From assembly GCA_041577335.1 (NCBI GenBank), contig JBFGJH010000008.1:51515-71514 (forward strand): 20,000 bases of DNA. Direction: 5' to 3'. The stretch's first letter is position 1; each line of letters starts with the position of its first letter. Made by a program: the position numbers and the translations under genes. The stretch is from Acidimicrobiia bacterium (GTDB lineage Bacteria > Actinomycetota > Acidimicrobiia > Spongiisociales > JAENVV01). Positions 17,116-20,000 of this stretch are shown here, piece after piece. Below the pieces are notes generated by a model, which saw only the letters and a program-made list of their open reading frames with translations, was not told the origin of the DNA and did no database searches.

Positions 17116-17832
17116 ATGGCTCCCATCATCGGCATCACGACCTATGGCCGGATCGAACGACCGTCCGAGACCTCTCACTATCCCGAGCACTACACCCTTC
17201 CCGCTATGTATGTGAGCGCGGTTCGCCGGGCAGGGGGCGTTCCCATGCTGTTGGCACCCGGGGAGCAGCGCTGGGAACGTTGGCTCGACGTCGTCGATGG
17301 TGTGGTCGTCACGGGGGGGACCGATGTGGATCCTCGCCAGTACGGCTCCGAGCGCAACGAGCACATTCTCATCACCGACCATGAACGTGATGAGTCGGAG
17401 TTGGCGCTCGCCCGCGAGCTCAGCGATCGCGATCAGCCGGCCCTGTTCGTCTGCCGGGGAATGCAGATTCTCAACGTCGCGCTCGGTGGCACGCTCCATC
17501 GTCACATCCCCGATTTGGGAGTAGGTGACATGCATCGTGACGAGCATGGATGGTGGGCGTATCACGACATCTCCGCCGAGCCGGGCTCCCGGATCGCCGA
17601 TGCGATGGGCACGATCTCCACCAAGCCGTGCTCCGGCCACCATCAAGCGCTGGATACCATTGCCGACCCACTCACGGTCACGGCCCGGGCACCTGATGGC
17701 ATCGTGGAAGCGGTGGAACACCGCCACCACCCTTGGATGGTCGGCGTGCAGTGGCACCCGGAGGTCAACGCCTACGGTGAGCCTGCGCAGCAAGGCATCT
17801 TCGATCACCTGGTCAAGGCCACTGCCGGCTAG
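17116..17832 (+). CDS. Peptidase C26 / gamma-glutamyl-gamma-aminobutyrate hydrolase (PuuD-like class I glutamine amidotransferase)
   Basis: PIIGIT, YVSAVRRAGGVP, TGGTDVDP, CRGMQILNVALGGTL, HHQA, GVQWHPE. Confidence 0.92.
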   Translation: MAPIIGITTYGRIERPSETSHYPEHYTLPAMYVSAVRRAGGVPMLLAPGEQRWERWLDVVDGVVVTGGTDVDPRQYGSERNEHILITDHERDESELALARELSDRDQPALFVCRGMQILNVALGGTLHRHIPDLGVGDMHRDEHGWWAYHDISAEPGSRIADAMGTISTKPCSGHHQALDTIADPLTVTARAPDGIVEAVEHRHHPWMVGVQWHPEVNAYGEPAQQGIFDHLVKATAG

Positions 17833-17896
17833 TCCGGCCCGTTCCAGGACCAAGTCACCCTCGGCGCCGTCATGGGCGGGCCAGAAGGCGCAGCTT

Positions 17897-17923
17897 CCAT
17901 CCACACCTCGGTGGGGCGACGTA
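17897..17923 (+). promoter_or_regulatory. Candidate ECF sigma promoter (SigK / RpoE-ChrR type)
   Basis: CCATCC (17897-17902), 17-nt spacer, CGTA (17920-17923), upstream of the AAAGGAG RBS. Confidence 0.5.
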
Positions 17924-17951
17924 TTCCATGTGAATATCGAAAGGAGTTCAC

Positions 17952-18176
17952 ATGTCGACACGCACGTCAGCCCCGAGAAGCACGTTCGGGTCTCTCGCAA
18001 AACTGAGTCCCTACCATCGCACCAAGCTCGTTTTCCTCGCCGCCGCATTCATCTCGTTTGTGTTGTCGGTTGGCCTGTGGTTCCTCGTGGATCGCGAAGT
18101 GGGGTTGTTCGTCGGCCTATGGGTGCCAGCCATTCATTCGCTGGGAACACTGGTCTTGGTCGGCGAGGAGTCATGA
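17952..18176 (+). CDS. Small two-TM membrane protein (GLFVGLWVP motif)
   Basis: Strong AAAGGAG RBS; two hydrophobic segments; ATGA overlap with the next ORF. Confidence 0.8.
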   Translation: MSTRTSAPRSTFGSLAKLSPYHRTKLVFLAAAFISFVLSVGLWFLVDREVGLFVGLWVPAIHSLGTLVLVGEES

Positions 18177-18394
18177 GCCTGCTGGTGCTCTTCTTGGTTG
18201 GATCTGTTCTCTTCTTTGCGACGACCTGGGCGACGGTTGCCTTTGGTGTCACTCGGATGCAGCAGCTTCAGCACGACGACCTCGAACAGTCCGGCCAAGT
18301 CGTGGTGGACACCGAAAGCGGGCTCACCGAACTTCACGTGGAGCGCCCCCCATCCCCTACCGCCGCCCCTGAATCCCCACAAACAACTGAGTAG
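18173..18394 (+). CDS. Small single-TM membrane protein (73 aa)
   Basis: GAGGAG RBS and ATGA coupling; MSLLVLFLVGSVLFFATTWATVAFGV. In the track it is hidden as the C-terminus of the 17525..18394 ORF. Confidence 0.75.
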   Translation: MSLLVLFLVGSVLFFATTWATVAFGVTRMQQLQHDDLEQSGQVVVDTESGLTELHVERPPSPTAAPESPQTTE

Positions 18395-18402
18395 GGATCG
18401 GC

Positions 18403-19092
18403 ATGGAACTCGACGGCAAACGTGTTGTGATCCTGGGCGGATCCGGTGTTTTGGGAAGCCTGATTGCTGCAGAGCTGGACCGGCGGCGTGCTCGCGTCTT
18501 GTTGGCGGGCCGGGATGCCGAACGTCTCCGGGCCAAGGCGAGCGCGATCGGCGCTCATGTTCCGTCGGTGCTCTTCGACTTGGCCGTCCCGTCCCACGCG
18601 AAGCACGTCGTCGACACCGCCATCGACAGGCTGGGCGGCATCGACGGGATCGTCAACGCCGCCGGAGTCGTAGCGTTCGGGCCATTCGATTCTGTCAGCG
18701 ATTCTGTGATGGACGAGCTCGTCGCCACAGATTTCGTCGGCCCTTTGCGGGTGCTGAGAACGGCGCTCCCGTATCTCGATGGAGGCTTCGTCGTCAACAT
18801 CACCGGAGTGGTGGCCGAGCAGCCACTACCCGGCATGGCCATGTACTCGGCGGTGAAAGCCGCCCTCAGCGCCGCCACCCTGGCGCTCGGGCGGGAACTG
18901 CGGCGACAGAACATCTTGGCCGTCGACGTACGGCCGCCGCATACCGAAACCGGCCTCGCCACACGGCCGATCGCCGGCGCGGCGCCGCATATGCCTGAGG
19001 GGTTGAGCCCGGCGTCCGTTGCAACAGCAATCGTGGAGGCGATCGAGTCGGGGCAGAAGGAGTTGGCAGCTGGCTCTTTTCGGTCGCAGTGA
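18403..19092 (+). CDS. Short-chain dehydrogenase/reductase (classical SDR)
   Basis: GGSGVLG, VNAAG, catalytic YSAVK, RPPHTET. Confidence 0.92.
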   Translation: MELDGKRVVILGGSGVLGSLIAAELDRRRARVLLAGRDAERLRAKASAIGAHVPSVLFDLAVPSHAKHVVDTAIDRLGGIDGIVNAAGVVAFGPFDSVSDSVMDELVATDFVGPLRVLRTALPYLDGGFVVNITGVVAEQPLPGMAMYSAVKAALSAATLALGRELRRQNILAVDVRPPHTETGLATRPIAGAAPHMPEGLSPASVATAIVEAIESGQKELAAGSFRSQ

Positions 19093-19505
19093 TCCTCGTC
19101 ATTCACGCCGCGGCGACCTGGTTCATGGTCGGCCTGATCTGGACGATCCAGGTTGTGCACTATCCCTTGTTCCAACGTGTCGACGCAGACTCGTTCGGGT
19201 CGTATGAGGCCGGCCACACACGCCGGATGGGCTTGCTCCTTCTCGTCCCAGCCTCACTCGAGGTCGTGACCGCGGGAGCTCTCGTCTGGATTGCGCCGTC
19301 GGGAGTGCCGATGGTTCTCGTGCTGGCAGGAGGAGCCTTGCTCGCCGCCATATGGATCACGACGGCCCTCGTCCAGTTCCCCCTCCACCGCCGGCTTGGC
19401 GCCGGCCACGATGCCCCGACGATACGGCGCCTCATCAGCACCAACTGGTATCGCACGGTGGCGTGGACAGCCCGCGGCGGATTCGCCGCGTTGCTCATCG
19501 CTTGA
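19089..19505 (+). CDS. Conserved hypothetical integral membrane protein (about 4 TM)
   Basis: HAAATWFMVGLIWTIQVVHYPLF, QFPLHRRL, NWYRT; GTGA overlap with the SDR stop. Confidence 0.85.
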   Translation: MILVIHAAATWFMVGLIWTIQVVHYPLFQRVDADSFGSYEAGHTRRMGLLLLVPASLEVVTAGALVWIAPSGVPMVLVLAGGALLAAIWITTALVQFPLHRRLGAGHDAPTIRRLISTNWYRTVAWTARGGFAALLIA

Positions 19506-19596
19506 CCTGGCGGCCTTTCCTCGTTCGGAATCGGTGAGCCTATTCCTGTCCGGAGCCGCCCGGGCCCGCAAATGGCGCGACGGGTACGATGGCGGG

Positions 19597-20000
19597 ATGC
19601 CATTCGCACCGTTCGAACCCTCCGACACCGAGCCCTTTCTCGAGGATCCTGAGGCCGAACGGAGACGCCGTCGCCAGCAGCTGGCCCAGTGTCACCGATT
19701 GTTTGCGGCGCTCCGGTACGGCGACCTCGGGGATGGCCATATCAGTTTCCGGGATCCGGAGCATCGGGACCATTTCTGGATGCTTCGCTACGGAGTGTCA
19801 TTCCATTCTGCTTCTCCGGCAGATACCGTGCTGGTGGCTCCCGATGGATCAACGGTCGACGATCATGCCATTGGATCGACCGGCGCTCCCATCAACATCA
19901 CCGGCTACTACATCCACCATCCGATCCACGAAGCACGACCCGATGTGGAGGCGGCCGCCCACGTGCACGCCCCTTACAGCACGGCCTACTCGACCGAGCG
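19597..20000 (+). CDS. Class II aldolase/adducin-family protein (3' end runs off the window)
   Basis: Manual translation: MPFAPFEP...GDGHISFRDPEHRDHFW...IHHPIHEARPDVEAAAHVHAPYSTA, with the Zn-binding HxH. ATG lies 6 nt after TACGAT. Confidence 0.9.
   Translation, partial: MPFAPFEPSDTEPFLEDPEAERRRRRQQLAQCHRLFAALRYGDLGDGHISFRDPEHRDHFWMLRYGVSFHSASPADTVLVAPDGSTVDDHAIGSTGAPINITGYYIHHPIHEARPDVEAAAHVHAPYSTAYSTE

Noticed and set aside
17846..17860. DevR-like AGGACCAAGTCACCC
   Set aside because: Half-site spacing does not fit GGGAC-N4-GTCCC, and an ECF-type promoter explains the region better.
1..20000. CRISPR arrays, transposases/integrases, tRNA/rRNA, phage-defence genes
   Set aside because: No regularly spaced repeats or diagnostic motifs seen on either strand.

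Overview
High-GC window that looks actinobacterial, probably Acidimicrobiia-like (inferred from gene content, an F420-dependent enzyme and many apparent leaderless TANNNT promoters). Coding content in order: partial nitronate monooxygenase-family gene, DUF2254 membrane protein, choline sulfatase, tandem GNAT, NAD-dependent epimerase, disrupted VOC/glyoxalase gene, a minus-strand cluster (ABC-2 exporter, hypothetical protein, F420-dependent oxidoreductase), a lipoprotein, an uncharacterised two-TM membrane protein, YitT, convergent pncA/pncB, an ABM-like protein, a C26/PuuD-like hydrolase, a four-gene small-membrane-protein/SDR operon and a partial class II aldolase. I found no mobile element, CRISPR array, tRNA or rRNA. 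The most notable signals are non-coding: (i) three phased DosR/DevR-like boxes plus a perfect Rex operator ahead of the uncharacterised membrane protein; (ii) a self-contained ~130-nt unit upstream of pncA with a DevR-like box, a -10, hairpins, a 29-codon ORF and a terminator; (iii) a SigK/RpoE-ChrR-like ECF promoter ahead of the small-membrane-protein operon; (iv) an unassigned multi-stem element at ~1040-1155. All family calls come from recognising motifs by eye; no searches were run.
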